Positions 16,614 to 26,136 of a stretch of DNA of 64,000 nt are shown one piece after another. The position numbers were made by a program, and so were the translations under genes. This DNA is from Bacteroidota bacterium (GTDB taxonomy: Bacteria; Bacteroidota; Ignavibacteria; SZUA-365), in contig JAVFAS010000010.1 of the NCBI GenBank assembly GCA_034002405.1, positions 2,272 through 66,271 on the forward strand, in the 5' to 3' direction. Numbering within the stretch: the stretch's first letter is position 1; every line of letters begins with the position of its first letter. The notes below the pieces were generated by a model, which saw only the letters and a program-made list of their open reading frames with translations, had not been told where the DNA came from and made no database searches.

Positions 16614-16934
16614 GGGAGTTCCTGAACGGAGAGATGCGGGATGTGACACATGTGGGCGAACATGGTTGCATGCGGTAACGCATGCGCCATGCCGTCCCGG
16701 TGCGTGCTGCCGTCGGAGGGCGGCGCCTCGCTAACTTCGCGAATTTCCCACACCGGAGAAAGCGGGCAGGGCAATAATCCGCCCCCATGCATCCATGCCG
16801 GAAAAACTCCGTAGCGGAGAAGCATATCCCGAAAAATGACCGGCGTGTTTCGTGTCGCAGGACAACGGATTCCTCCACCGGCCCACGGCCATTTCCGGTA
16901 TCCTTGCGGATGCCTACGTCAGGAGGTGATTCCC

Positions 16935-18851
16935 ATGAGAATGCCCGCACTGTTTGCCTGCCTGTCGATGGCGGGACTGCTTGTCATGCCTGTCCGGCTT
17001 CCCGCCGCGACGACGGCCATTGACGTCGTATCCTATCGCGCGCGCCTCACCATCGAGCCGTCCACGCGCACACTCGAGGGTGTCGTGACGGTGACCTTCC
17101 GCAACGTGCATGTCGAGGATCTTGTCGAAATCGAGCTCGATCTTCGCGACCTGGTGACCGACAACGTGGAATCGGAGGGACTCCCCCTTTTGTTTTCCAC
17201 AACCGACAGCAGCCTCGTCATCCAGTTCGGTATTCCCGTGCGCTCGCTCGATACCGGCACGGTGACAATCTGGTATCACGGACACCCGACGGGTGACATC
17301 GACCACGCCGCGGGCGTGCTGTTCGGACCGCGCAGTGTCTGGGCGCATCCGCAGTCACATCGCGCACGCTATGTCGCCATGCTGCCGCACTGGCTTCCGT
17401 GCAACAATCAGTTTTCGGACAAGGCGCTCTTTGATCTGACCTTCGACACGCCGGTGGGGTGGCGCGCCGCCGGGATGGGAACTCTTGTCCATGAGAGCGA
17501 ACACAACGGTCGCCTCCGCGCGCAGTGGATCCTTCGTGATCCGTTGCATCCCGCCGGGGCGGGCTGGTCTCTGGGAACATATGAGGTGTATCGCGACACC
17601 ATCCGGGGCATTCCGTTTTGCGCATACGTCTGGCCCGCGGAACGCGCACGTGCGGAGAAGTACTTCCGGACGATCGATACGATCATGGCGGTGTTCGAAC
17701 AGCATTTCGGAGCGTATCCCGCGGAAAAAATCGGTTTTGCGCTGACCGATTCAAACTCCTGCGAGGTTCACACGATGATCGAACTGCACAAGGAGACGCT
17801 CACCGGCACCGCGTCCACTCTTGAAGCACATGAGCTCGCGCATCACTGGTGGGGCAATTCCGTGACACCGGCGGATATTCGGGAGAACTGGTTGAGCGAG
17901 GGGTTCGCGATGTACGGGGAATTTCTCCTCGCGGCGGTATTCTCCAAGATGACGAAGTTCGACGACATCCTGCGGTACTACACGACATACTACCGCACGG
18001 GTATCGCCCCGGTCGAAGGGGCGCTGCCGCTGTACGATTACCACGGCGCCGGCGCGCTTTTCAACTATCCCAGCGTCATCTACATCCGCGGCGCGGTCGT
18101 CCTCAACATGCTGCGGCATGTGATGGGAAATGAACGCTACCGCGAGGGAATCCGTGACTACTTCACCCGCTTCCGGGGCCGGAATGTCACCTCCGCCATG
18201 TTCCAGACGGTGATGGAGGAGCATCGTGAACAGTCACTGGAGCGGTTCTTCCAGCAATGGGTGTATCGCGGCGGTTGGCCAATCCTGCGCATTACTCGCG
18301 TGACGCCGTCCGCAACGGGTGGATTCCGGCTCGCCGTCGAGCAACGACAGCAGGCGGCGCATGGATGGCCGTTGTTCGAGACACCTATCGATATCGACAT
18401 CTACACGAAAAGCAGCGGCAAGCTGCCGCTCCGGCGTACGTTGCAACCGTGCGCGGATGATCTCTGGGTGTTTGATGACATCCCGGAGACCGAGGTGGAA
18501 TCCTGGCGAATCGATCCCGGAGGATGGCTGCTGCATGAGGCACACACCGTGACGTCCACCGACCCTCTGGTTGCGGCCGTCGATGCCGCGATGCTTGAAG
18601 CGCCGTATCCTCAGCCGGTCGGACGGGCGGCGGCGCGGGTCCTCCAGCCATTCTCCCTCCCCGCCGCTGCCACGGTACTCCTGGAGATGCGTGATCTGCT
18701 GGGGCGGCACGTCCGCACCGTTGCGAACGGCGATTTCGCGGCGGGACGCCATGTGGTCCCTGTTGATCTGACGGCTTGTGCCCCCGGGTGGTACAGTCTT
18801 CTGCTGCGCGTGGCCGGACATGTGGAATCACGTGTACTCATCCTCGAGTGA
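16935..18851 (+). CDS. secreted M1-family zinc metallopeptidase with T9SS C-terminal sorting domain
   Basis: HELAHHWWGN followed by E exactly 18 residues later (HEXXH-X18-E). Signal peptide MRMPALFACLSMAGLLVMPVRLPAA, with AGGAGG 8 nt upstream of ATG 16935. CTD-like end (YPQPV...LEMRDLLGRHV...GWYSLLLRVAGHVESRVLILE). A canonical GxMEN exopeptidase motif is not evident by eye. Confidence 0.88.
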   Translation: MRMPALFACLSMAGLLVMPVRLPAATTAIDVVSYRARLTIEPSTRTLEGVVTVTFRNVHVEDLVEIELDLRDLVTDNVESEGLPLLFSTTDSSLVIQFGIPVRSLDTGTVTIWYHGHPTGDIDHAAGVLFGPRSVWAHPQSHRARYVAMLPHWLPCNNQFSDKALFDLTFDTPVGWRAAGMGTLVHESEHNGRLRAQWILRDPLHPAGAGWSLGTYEVYRDTIRGIPFCAYVWPAERARAEKYFRTIDTIMAVFEQHFGAYPAEKIGFALTDSNSCEVHTMIELHKETLTGTASTLEAHELAHHWWGNSVTPADIRENWLSEGFAMYGEFLLAAVFSKMTKFDDILRYYTTYYRTGIAPVEGALPLYDYHGAGALFNYPSVIYIRGAVVLNMLRHVMGNERYREGIRDYFTRFRGRNVTSAMFQTVMEEHREQSLERFFQQWVYRGGWPILRITRVTPSATGGFRLAVEQRQQAAHGWPLFETPIDIDIYTKSSGKLPLRRTLQPCADDLWVFDDIPETEVESWRIDPGGWLLHEAHTVTSTDPLVAAVDAAMLEAPYPQPVGRAAARVLQPFSLPAAATVLLEMRDLLGRHVRTVANGDFAAGRHVVPVDLTACAPGWYSLLLRVAGHVESRVLILE

Positions 18852-19071
18852 TTGCCGGTCGTACATGGGGGCAGGCAGCGGGCTCCCGCGCATTGAATGA
18901 GTGGGACACGCGCCACGTCGCAGGGCACCGACGGTTGCACGCCATGCCGGAGGAGCGGCCGGGTGACGCGGTGGAAATTCATAATAGAGGAGTTGCGGAT
19001 GAAATATATCCGCGATGCGCGTGGAATGCAAGAGAAAAATCGTATACGGATTTTATTTCTCGCTTGCGAAT

Positions 19072-19103
19072 GTCGATAAAAGAGTCGATATTTAATGTCG
19101 ATA
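19072..19103. promoter_or_regulatory. three direct GTCGATA repeats (spacing 12 and 13 bp) in an AT-rich island upstream of the DUF438 gene
   Basis: GTCGATA at 19072, 19084 and 19097, 43-74 nt upstream of ATG 19146. Confidence 0.3.
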
Positions 19104-19145
19104 TGTGACTCGCTATCTGTGATCATCAACGGCAGGAACCATTTC

Positions 19146-20786
19146 ATGAGTGAACTGATCAACAATTCCGAACAACGCAAAACAACGCTCAAGCGGTTGA
19201 TCCGCGAACTGCACGGAGGCATGGACCCCGCGGCGGCACGCACGCGGCTCGAGGAGTTCCTCGAGGGCATTCCCTACGGCGAGGTGGTGGAGGTGGAGCA
19301 GGATCTGATCCGGGAGGGCATTTCGCAGGAGGAGATCCAGAAGTTCTGCGACATCCATTCGTCGATGCTGGACGGTCATATCGACCAGAGCATGGCGAAA
19401 CTCGTGCCGCCCGGACACCCCGTCGATACCTTCAAGAAAGAAAACGAAGCGCTGGCACAGGTGACCGCGCGCATCATGCAACTCGTCGCGGATGTCGACG
19501 CGCGTCCCCCGGCGCAGATCCCCGAGCTCGTCCTGCAATTGCGCACGCTGTTCAACGAACTCGGCGATCTCGACAAGCATTACCGGCGGAAGGAAAATCT
19601 TCTGTTCCCGTACCTCGAACAGCACGGGATCACGGGTCCACCGACGGTGATGTGGGGCAAGCACGACGAGATCCGTCGCGCATTGCAGGCCGCGCGCGAG
19701 GCCCTCGCCGCGATGCCCGAGGCCACGCCCGCGGATCTCTCGACGACTGCGTCGCGGCTTCTCATTCCCGCGGCACGCGCCGTCGACGACATGATCATGA
19801 AGGAGGAGCAGATCCTGTTCCCGCTGAGCATGGATACGCTGACGGATCTCGAATGGTATGAAATCCACCAGCAGACCCCGGAAATCGGCTTCTGTCTGTA
19901 CGACCCCCGAATCGAGTGGAAACCCCGGAACATCGATATCACGGATGTCACCGATACGACGGGTGACGGCGTGCGCATGCCGAGCGGCACGCTCAATGCG
20001 GCCGAACTCACGGCCATTCTCAATACCGTGCCCTTCGACCTCACTTTCGTCGATGCCGAGGACAAGGTAAAATACTTCTCACAGGGTGCCGAACGCATTT
20101 TCGACCGCAACCGCGCCATTCTCGGACGTGACGTCCGCCTCTGCCATCCGCCCGCGAGCATGCATATCGTCGATCGCATCATCGAGGACTTCCGGAGCGG
20201 GCGGCAGGAGAGCGCGCCGTTCTGGATTCAGATGCAGGGGAAATTCATCCATATCGAATATTTCGCCGTGCGGGATCCGCAGGGCAATTACCTTGGCACG
20301 CTCGAGGTCTCGCAGGATCTGACCGCCAAACGCGCACTCGACGGTGAGCAACGTCTGCTCTCATACGCGGACAAGGACACGGAATCATCCGCGCCCGTTG
20401 CCGGACAGCAGACCTCGGCAGCGACGCATATCCCCCATGGAGCCGCGGCACCCGGCAGCGCGCCGACCGCGGAGCATGCGCGCATCGTCGCGGGTGATCC
20501 GCCCCCGCCGGGACACGAGCCGCCGGCGGAGCACGAACCACGTCCTGACTGGGCGATCGAGGATGCGGTGCACGTCCGCGTCGACGCCGTCGCCCTTCTC
20601 GGACAGGGAGCCAATCCGCTGGGTGAAGTCGTACGTGCGCTTGGAGGCATGGCGACCGATGAACTGCTGTACATGCCCGCGCCGTTCTATCCCGCGCCGA
20701 TGGTGCAGGTGCTCCGTTCCCAGGGGCACGATGTCTGGGGCGAGGAAATCGCCGCGGGCTGGGCGCTCTGGGTGCGGAAACACTGA
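19146..20786 (+). CDS. DUF438 / hemerythrin-like / PAS-domain protein with extra C-terminal domain
   Basis: DUF438-like N-terminus (KRLIRELHGGMDP...IPYGEVVEVEQDLIREGISQEEIQKFCDIHS). Hemerythrin HHE-type segments (HPVDTFKKENEAL; KHYRRKENLLFPYLEQHGITGPPTVMWGKHDEIR). A PAS-like block (VPFDLTFVDAEDKVKYFSQG...LCHPP...FIHIEYFAVRD..GNYLGTLEVSQDLT). A Pro/Ala-rich linker, then a roughly 80-aa DUF2249-like end. The start is trimmed to MSELINN. Confidence 0.85.
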   Translation: MSELINNSEQRKTTLKRLIRELHGGMDPAAARTRLEEFLEGIPYGEVVEVEQDLIREGISQEEIQKFCDIHSSMLDGHIDQSMAKLVPPGHPVDTFKKENEALAQVTARIMQLVADVDARPPAQIPELVLQLRTLFNELGDLDKHYRRKENLLFPYLEQHGITGPPTVMWGKHDEIRRALQAAREALAAMPEATPADLSTTASRLLIPAARAVDDMIMKEEQILFPLSMDTLTDLEWYEIHQQTPEIGFCLYDPRIEWKPRNIDITDVTDTTGDGVRMPSGTLNAAELTAILNTVPFDLTFVDAEDKVKYFSQGAERIFDRNRAILGRDVRLCHPPASMHIVDRIIEDFRSGRQESAPFWIQMQGKFIHIEYFAVRDPQGNYLGTLEVSQDLTAKRALDGEQRLLSYADKDTESSAPVAGQQTSAATHIPHGAAAPGSAPTAEHARIVAGDPPPPGHEPPAEHEPRPDWAIEDAVHVRVDAVALLGQGANPLGEVVRALGGMATDELLYMPAPFYPAPMVQVLRSQGHDVWGEEIAAGWALWVRKH

Positions 20787-20810
20787 CGAAGGAGGAGGGT
20801 CCTTCGCACG

Positions 20811-20843
20811 GATCCCGGGCCTTCCGGCCCGGGATCGTCTTTT
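20811..20843 (+). terminator. rho-independent terminator after the DUF438 gene
   Basis: gatcccgggcc-ttcc-ggcccgggatc followed by gtctttt. Confidence 0.75.
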
Positions 20844-20997
20844 CAGCGAATATCCTGTGACGCGCCGGTAACTATCCGGATATTGATGTGTTCATTTCCC
20901 TGATGCGGTCGCATCGCCATCATGCGTGCGGATTCGGGATGCGGGGTGGCATGCGAGGGATACGCGAACGGATGTCCATTCAATCCAGGAGAGAATC

Positions 20998-23900
20998 ATG
21001 CGCCGGACCATGCTCATTTCCCTTCCGCTCTTGATTCTCACCACCACATTCGTTCACGCACAACCCACGCTCGATTTCAAGCGGTTGATCATGCAATGGC
21101 CGACGGCCGCGTTGTATTTCAGCGCGGAATGCAATGGCACGCCGGAGTGGAACCTGCAACCGTCGGCGTTCCGCATCTTCGACGATGGCGACGAGGTCAC
21201 GCAATTCACACTCGATTGCCCGGATCCCTCGACGCCCTGCGCGATGTCTGTCGGGCTTGTGCTCGATGGGTCGGGTTCGATGGTGGGCTCCGGGAATCCG
21301 GGCATCATCCAGGCCGCGAAGCACTTTGTCGGACTGCTCGACGGCGTGCAGGATCAGACCGCGGTGCTGTGGTTCAACAACGGCGCAACGCTGGCGCAAT
21401 CCATGACTTCGGATACCAGTTTGATGAACCAGGCGATCGATGCCTTGCCCGTGACCGGCAGCAGCGGCGTGCGTGAAGGCATCCTGGCGGGATTGGATGA
21501 GGTGGTGGCGAACGGGACGAACAGCTGCCGCGCCGTGATCGTCGTGGCAGACAACATGGCCGATGGATCCAGCATCACATTCCCCGCACTCATCGCCTAC
21601 GCGAATCTTCATCACATCCGGGTGTTCACCATCGGACTCGGGACGGGATTTTCCATCGCCGAATTCCCGCAACTCGCCGCGGAGACCGGTGGCCGATTTT
21701 ACCATACGGCCACGGTCGGCGGACTCGACGCCATCTATACGGACATCGCGTCGGTCATCCGCGAGGGATTTCTCGAATGTCGCCTCACCTTCGATGCCAC
21801 CTGTCCGGATGGCCGCATCCATGAAGTGGAACTCCGTCTGCCGGATTTCTGCGGCGCGCCGGTCAGCGCGACGGGTCACTATCAGGCACCGCGAGACAGC
21901 ACCGCCTTCACCGATCTGGTCATGACGCTCGACAGCGTGGAGACGGATGCGGGGACAGAGGTCGAGATGACGCTTTCCATCGTCACGCCGCTTCAGCATG
22001 AACGATTCGCGCCGTTGTCCGCGGAAGTAACCTTCAGCAAATTGCATCTCACACTCATCGGACTCACCACATCGCCCGGCTCTCTGCTCGAAGGCATTCC
22101 CATGGCCGTCACGCCACTTGCCAATGGCGTTCGCTTCGTGACCCTCGATCCGATGCGCATCACCGGAAGCGGGGAACTCTTCCGCCTGGTGTTCCGGACG
22201 GATCCGTCGGTGACCGACACCATGCGGGTCCCGGTCTCATGCGTGAGCGCGGCCTTCTCGCTCGGGTGCAGACGTCCCCGTATCGAGGCAGGGTTGGTGA
22301 CCATCCTCCCCGGTGGCCCCGATTTGGATTGCGTGATGGATGTGCCGCGATCGCTGACCTGGGACCGTGCAAGCTCCGGGTATGTCCCCACGCCCTTCAC
22401 GGCCACGCTGTCGATCTTCAATATGGGAAGTCAGTCCTCGACCGGCGGACACTGTGAGATTTCGTTCGACACCACCGCGTTCCGTCTGGTCACGCCAACT
22501 TCGACACGGATGACATTGCCCGACATCACCCCCGGCACGAAGTATGACGCGACATGGGAACTCGCGGCCCTTCCCCGGACGCAGGCCGATTCCTCCGACA
22601 TCCGGATCACGGCGGGCTTCGACAATCACGGCGATGTCTTCTGCGCGGCGCGCGTCTTTATCGGAGTACCGGACCCGGATTTCGTCTGTGACGTCTTGCT
22701 CCCCGACTCCCTCGCGCTGAATACGGAAGGGACCGGACTCGTCCCGAATCCCGTTTCGCTCCGCTGTCGACTGCGAAATGCCGGACAGCGTCCGTTGCGT
22801 CTCCGCCGCGTGCAACTGGATCTGCCACTCGATGGCCTGTCGGTAACGTCGACCTCCGCGTACGGGCTCGATTCGGTCATCGATACCACGCTCGGCATCG
22901 GGCAGGAGATGGAATTCGAATGGGGGATCGAGGTCGAAACGCGGGAATACGCGCGCACTCCGCTGTTCGCGGTCACCGTCAGGGACGAGGACGATGCGTC
23001 GTCCCGTTGCGAGGCATCGATGTTCATTCCGCCGGTTCGCGGCGTGATCAGCTGCACCCCGCGGGTCCCGACGATCGCGATGGATCTCACCGCGCAGCAA
23101 TATGTTCCCATGCCCTTCGCCCTGGCGGTGGATGTGCACAGCATGCTGCCACGGCTGAGCGATTCGCTCTTCGCGCGCATCACCGTGCCCGCCGGATCGC
23201 TCGCGCTGATCGCCGCCGACAGCGGACGGCTGATCACGCCGCTTTCTCCGGCACAGCTGTTCCCCGGGCAGCAGGCCGTGGTGACATGGATGCTCGACCA
23301 TCCCGTCACGCGAAGCATGCAGCGGTATACCGTCGGCATCCTTGTCTGGGAGAAGGGCGGCGACAGCACGCGCTGCGAGGCGGAGATCGTCATTCCCGGC
23401 ATGCCCGCGCCATTCTGGTTCGATCTCACCGCGTCGGGTCCGATCGAATTCTGTGACGGCGGCACGGTGACGCTGGACGCGGGTCCGGGTTACGCGTCGT
23501 ATCTCTGGTCGACCGGCGACACGACGCGCAGCATCCAGGTGACGACATCGGGTACGTACCAATGCGGTGTGACGCTGCCGGACGGATTGCCCGGTCTTTC
23601 TCAATCCATCACCGTGACGGTGTGGCCGTTGCCGCCGATTCCGGTCATCAGACGCGTCGAAGACGTGCTCACCGCCACCGACGCGGCGGGTTGGCAGTGG
23701 TATCGCGACGGGGTGGAACTCCCGAACGCGAATCGCCAGACGCACACCGCGGTCGAAACCGGCATGTACACCGTGCGCATCGTTGACGCGCACGGTTGCG
23801 AGGCGATGTCCGATCCGTTCGCGGTCACCGTCCTTCCCGTGGAGGAGGTGCACGCCGCCCGGCAGCATTTCCTGATCTATCCCAATCCCGCCGGGGACAG

Positions 23901-24111
23901 GATGTCGATCGACGTTTTGCTCACGCGTCCTTCCGCGGTTCTTCTCACCGTGCACGACCTGCTCGGGCGTGAGCATCGGCGTGTCGAAAACCATCAGAGC
24001 CATGTCTCGTTCATCGAGCAGCTCGACCTGCGCGGCCTCGAGCCAGGGATGTATCTGGTGCGGCTGGTGGCCGACGGGATGGTTCGCACGCGGATGGTTG
24101 TGGTGGAGTAG
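20998..24111 (+). CDS. secreted von Willebrand factor A domain protein with Ig-like region and T9SS CTD
   Basis: Signal peptide MRRTMLISLPLLILTTTFVHAQP. vWA MIDAS motif (VGLVLDGSGSM). A long beta-rich middle region. CTD: IYPNPAGDRMSIDVLL...VHDLLGRE...GMYLVRLVADGMVRTRMVVVE. AGGAGAG Shine-Dalgarno sequence before ATG 20998. Confidence 0.85.
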   Translation: MRRTMLISLPLLILTTTFVHAQPTLDFKRLIMQWPTAALYFSAECNGTPEWNLQPSAFRIFDDGDEVTQFTLDCPDPSTPCAMSVGLVLDGSGSMVGSGNPGIIQAAKHFVGLLDGVQDQTAVLWFNNGATLAQSMTSDTSLMNQAIDALPVTGSSGVREGILAGLDEVVANGTNSCRAVIVVADNMADGSSITFPALIAYANLHHIRVFTIGLGTGFSIAEFPQLAAETGGRFYHTATVGGLDAIYTDIASVIREGFLECRLTFDATCPDGRIHEVELRLPDFCGAPVSATGHYQAPRDSTAFTDLVMTLDSVETDAGTEVEMTLSIVTPLQHERFAPLSAEVTFSKLHLTLIGLTTSPGSLLEGIPMAVTPLANGVRFVTLDPMRITGSGELFRLVFRTDPSVTDTMRVPVSCVSAAFSLGCRRPRIEAGLVTILPGGPDLDCVMDVPRSLTWDRASSGYVPTPFTATLSIFNMGSQSSTGGHCEISFDTTAFRLVTPTSTRMTLPDITPGTKYDATWELAALPRTQADSSDIRITAGFDNHGDVFCAARVFIGVPDPDFVCDVLLPDSLALNTEGTGLVPNPVSLRCRLRNAGQRPLRLRRVQLDLPLDGLSVTSTSAYGLDSVIDTTLGIGQEMEFEWGIEVETREYARTPLFAVTVRDEDDASSRCEASMFIPPVRGVISCTPRVPTIAMDLTAQQYVPMPFALAVDVHSMLPRLSDSLFARITVPAGSLALIAADSGRLITPLSPAQLFPGQQAVVTWMLDHPVTRSMQRYTVGILVWEKGGDSTRCEAEIVIPGMPAPFWFDLTASGPIEFCDGGTVTLDAGPGYASYLWSTGDTTRSIQVTTSGTYQCGVTLPDGLPGLSQSITVTVWPLPPIPVIRRVEDVLTATDAAGWQWYRDGVELPNANRQTHTAVETGMYTVRIVDAHGCEAMSDPFAVTVLPVEEVHAARQHFLIYPNPAGDRMSIDVLLTRPSAVLLTVHDLLGREHRRVENHQSHVSFIEQLDLRGLEPGMYLVRLVADGMVRTRMVVVE

Positions 24112-24363
24112 GCTGTTCGCCAGAGGGAAGTGACCTCGAAGGGCCGGCGGCACCCGAGGCCGTCGGCCGATATCTCGAGGCCCGGAGGACCGGCGTTCCG
24201 CTTTCCGGGGCTGATGCCCCGGGAAGCGGGCGCGAGCTTCTGAATCCGGATGCAACAAATCCCATATACCGTCGTACCATCTCCCGCCGCGGGATGTCCG
24301 CCATCGCCTGAGCGGACAGCGCGCGGAAAACACATTCCATCACGACCATCAGAGGAGAGATCC

Positions 24364-24951
24364 GTGCGACGTTTCGTACACCCCATTCTGCTTGCCCTTC
24401 CGATCCTCGCCGCGCTGTCGCTGGCCGCCTGCAGCGACGACGATCCGGTGCAACCCCAGCGCGACCCCGACTATTTTCCGTTCGTGCGAAACGCGGTGTG
24501 GACCTATCGGACCAATGTCTTCACCGATCTTGTCGGACCCGACGCCATCCTCCAGGTGAAGATCGACACCGTCGCGACACCCTACGGCGTGCATGACTAT
24601 TTGAAACTCCGCCTCCCCGATTTCAGCGATCAGTGGGCAAACGCACTCGCGATGCTCGACAGCGCCGGCGTCATCTACGGGATTGGGGAAATCCCGTACG
24701 AGGATCATTTCCCGTTGTTCAAGCACAGATACGCGGAGAGCGAAATCACGCGCGAGACGATCACCGTGCAGGGGAAGAATTATCAGACCGTGAAGTTCAC
24801 ACTCGAGATCGAGAATGCCGGGAGCGTGTCCTGGTGGTTCGCCGATGGGGTGGGACTGGTGCGCGAGCACTCGCTTGATGGACTGACACTCTTCTCCGAC
24901 AATGTCGACGATCAGGAAGTACTCACCGAACTGGTATCCTACGTGAAATAA
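24364..24951 (+). CDS. lipoprotein, unknown function
   Basis: GTG start preceded by AGGAGAG. Lipobox LSLAAC in VRRFVHPILLALPILAALSLAACSDDD. The tracked 24250 start adds a non-protein-like extension. Confidence 0.65.
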   Translation: MRRFVHPILLALPILAALSLAACSDDDPVQPQRDPDYFPFVRNAVWTYRTNVFTDLVGPDAILQVKIDTVATPYGVHDYLKLRLPDFSDQWANALAMLDSAGVIYGIGEIPYEDHFPLFKHRYAESEITRETITVQGKNYQTVKFTLEIENAGSVSWWFADGVGLVREHSLDGLTLFSDNVDDQEVLTELVSYVK

Positions 24952-24981
24952 ACTTCTTCAGCACGCCTGAAGAGAGAGACG

Positions 24982-25019
24982 GGACGGGTTCGCCATGCTG
25001 GCGGACCCGTTCCGTTTTT
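24982..25019. terminator. hairpin plus T5 between convergent genes
   Basis: ggacgggttcgcca...tggcggacccgttcc (one bulge) followed by gttttt. Confidence 0.6.
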
Positions 25020-25077
25020 ATCCACGCGCATGCGATATGCGCATGGCGTCGCGTGGAGGGCGACAGCCGTGGCGGGC

Positions 25078-26052
25078 TCATTCGTCGAAATCCTCCCGGT
25101 ACACGCCATGCACCGTGGCGAAGGCGCGGTGCGCGTCATCCACGAAGATATCGACCACCAACGTCGTCCGGCTGTCGAGCGCAGTGGGGACCGGACGCTG
25201 CGCGTCCCAGTACAGGCGGCGTCCGAGCGTCGGCTGCCAGGTCAACCGTACGGCATATTCACGTTCATTGCGGATCTTGATCATGTAGCGTGCCCCGAAT
25301 TCCATGCCGTTGAGCACGATGTCGGTGCTGTCCGACACCGCCCCGTAGAGAGGAATGAGACGGATGTGGAAGTTGTTCGCGCGTTCGAGCGGAAGAAACA
25401 TCGTCGCGTCGGCGGTGCTGGACGTGAGCACCGCCTGCTGGACGAGCTTGCGGAAATCCGCGCGCAGGTTCGCGCGCAGCCGGTTTGACCGCGTGTTGAT
25501 TTGCAGGTAATTCTCCGGCAGCTTGTCGCCGGCGCTCGTGTTGCCCTCGACGAAACTTACATTCTGAAAGGCGAAATCGGCCGAGATCCCGACACCGGTC
25601 TTGCGATTGATTTTGTAGCTGATGCGACGCAGGCCCGGCCGGTTTCCCAGCAGCGCGCTGTCACGCACGTCGAGATTGAGTTCGAACAGCGGCGTGCCGG
25701 TCTGGTTGTAGCTCCATTCGTACTGCCACCAGTACCCCGGCTGTTCGGGTTGCAAGCGTCCCATCGGATTCCATCCGATGAGCACCGCCTCGTTGGCGCG
25801 GTCCTCGGTCGGACCCGTTTTCGGCACCGCCCAGGCATGCAGCGCGAACTGGCCGCGCCCGTGTTCCCCGGCCCCCGGCCAGGTCATGCCACGCGGTAGC
25901 GCGAACAATCGCAACGGCGTGAATCCCTGCAGTGCATCGGTGGAATCCGCGGGAGCAAAGAGCAGGGGGGCGTCCTGTGCGCGGGCGGACGGACCGTACA
26001 GAAAGAATGAAGCCGGCAGCAGGACCAGCATGAGCAATCGCGGAAATTTCAC
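25078..26052 (-). CDS. secreted hypothetical protein (about 325 aa)
   Basis: GTG 26052 gives VKFPRLLMLVLLPASFFLYGPSARAQD, a signal peptide. The rest is beta-rich and protein-like. The tracked N-terminal extension to 26280 only translates the 36-bp tandem repeat. Confidence 0.6.
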   Translation of the reverse strand: MKFPRLLMLVLLPASFFLYGPSARAQDAPLLFAPADSTDALQGFTPLRLFALPRGMTWPGAGEHGRGQFALHAWAVPKTGPTEDRANEAVLIGWNPMGRLQPEQPGYWWQYEWSYNQTGTPLFELNLDVRDSALLGNRPGLRRISYKINRKTGVGISADFAFQNVSFVEGNTSAGDKLPENYLQINTRSNRLRANLRADFRKLVQQAVLTSSTADATMFLPLERANNFHIRLIPLYGAVSDSTDIVLNGMEFGARYMIKIRNEREYAVRLTWQPTLGRRLYWDAQRPVPTALDSRTTLVVDIFVDDAHRAFATVHGVYREDFDE

Positions 26053-26136
26053 GTCATGGCTCCGGAAGTGAACGCAGGGGACTGCATGAAAATCGGACCT
26101 TCCCGCTTCCCATTCAAGCGTCCTCCCGTGCGCGTC

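Noticed and set aside
22237-24333. 698-aa ORF on the minus strand, plus 20980..22047 (355 aa)
   Set aside because: Both are antisense to the vWA/T9SS gene and show no recognisable features.
25023-25046. GCGCATG-N6-GCGCATG direct/inverted repeat between convergent genes
   Set aside because: It is short and built from the self-complementary GCATGC core, which is common in this GC-rich sequence. It sits right after a terminator with no gene downstream to regulate.
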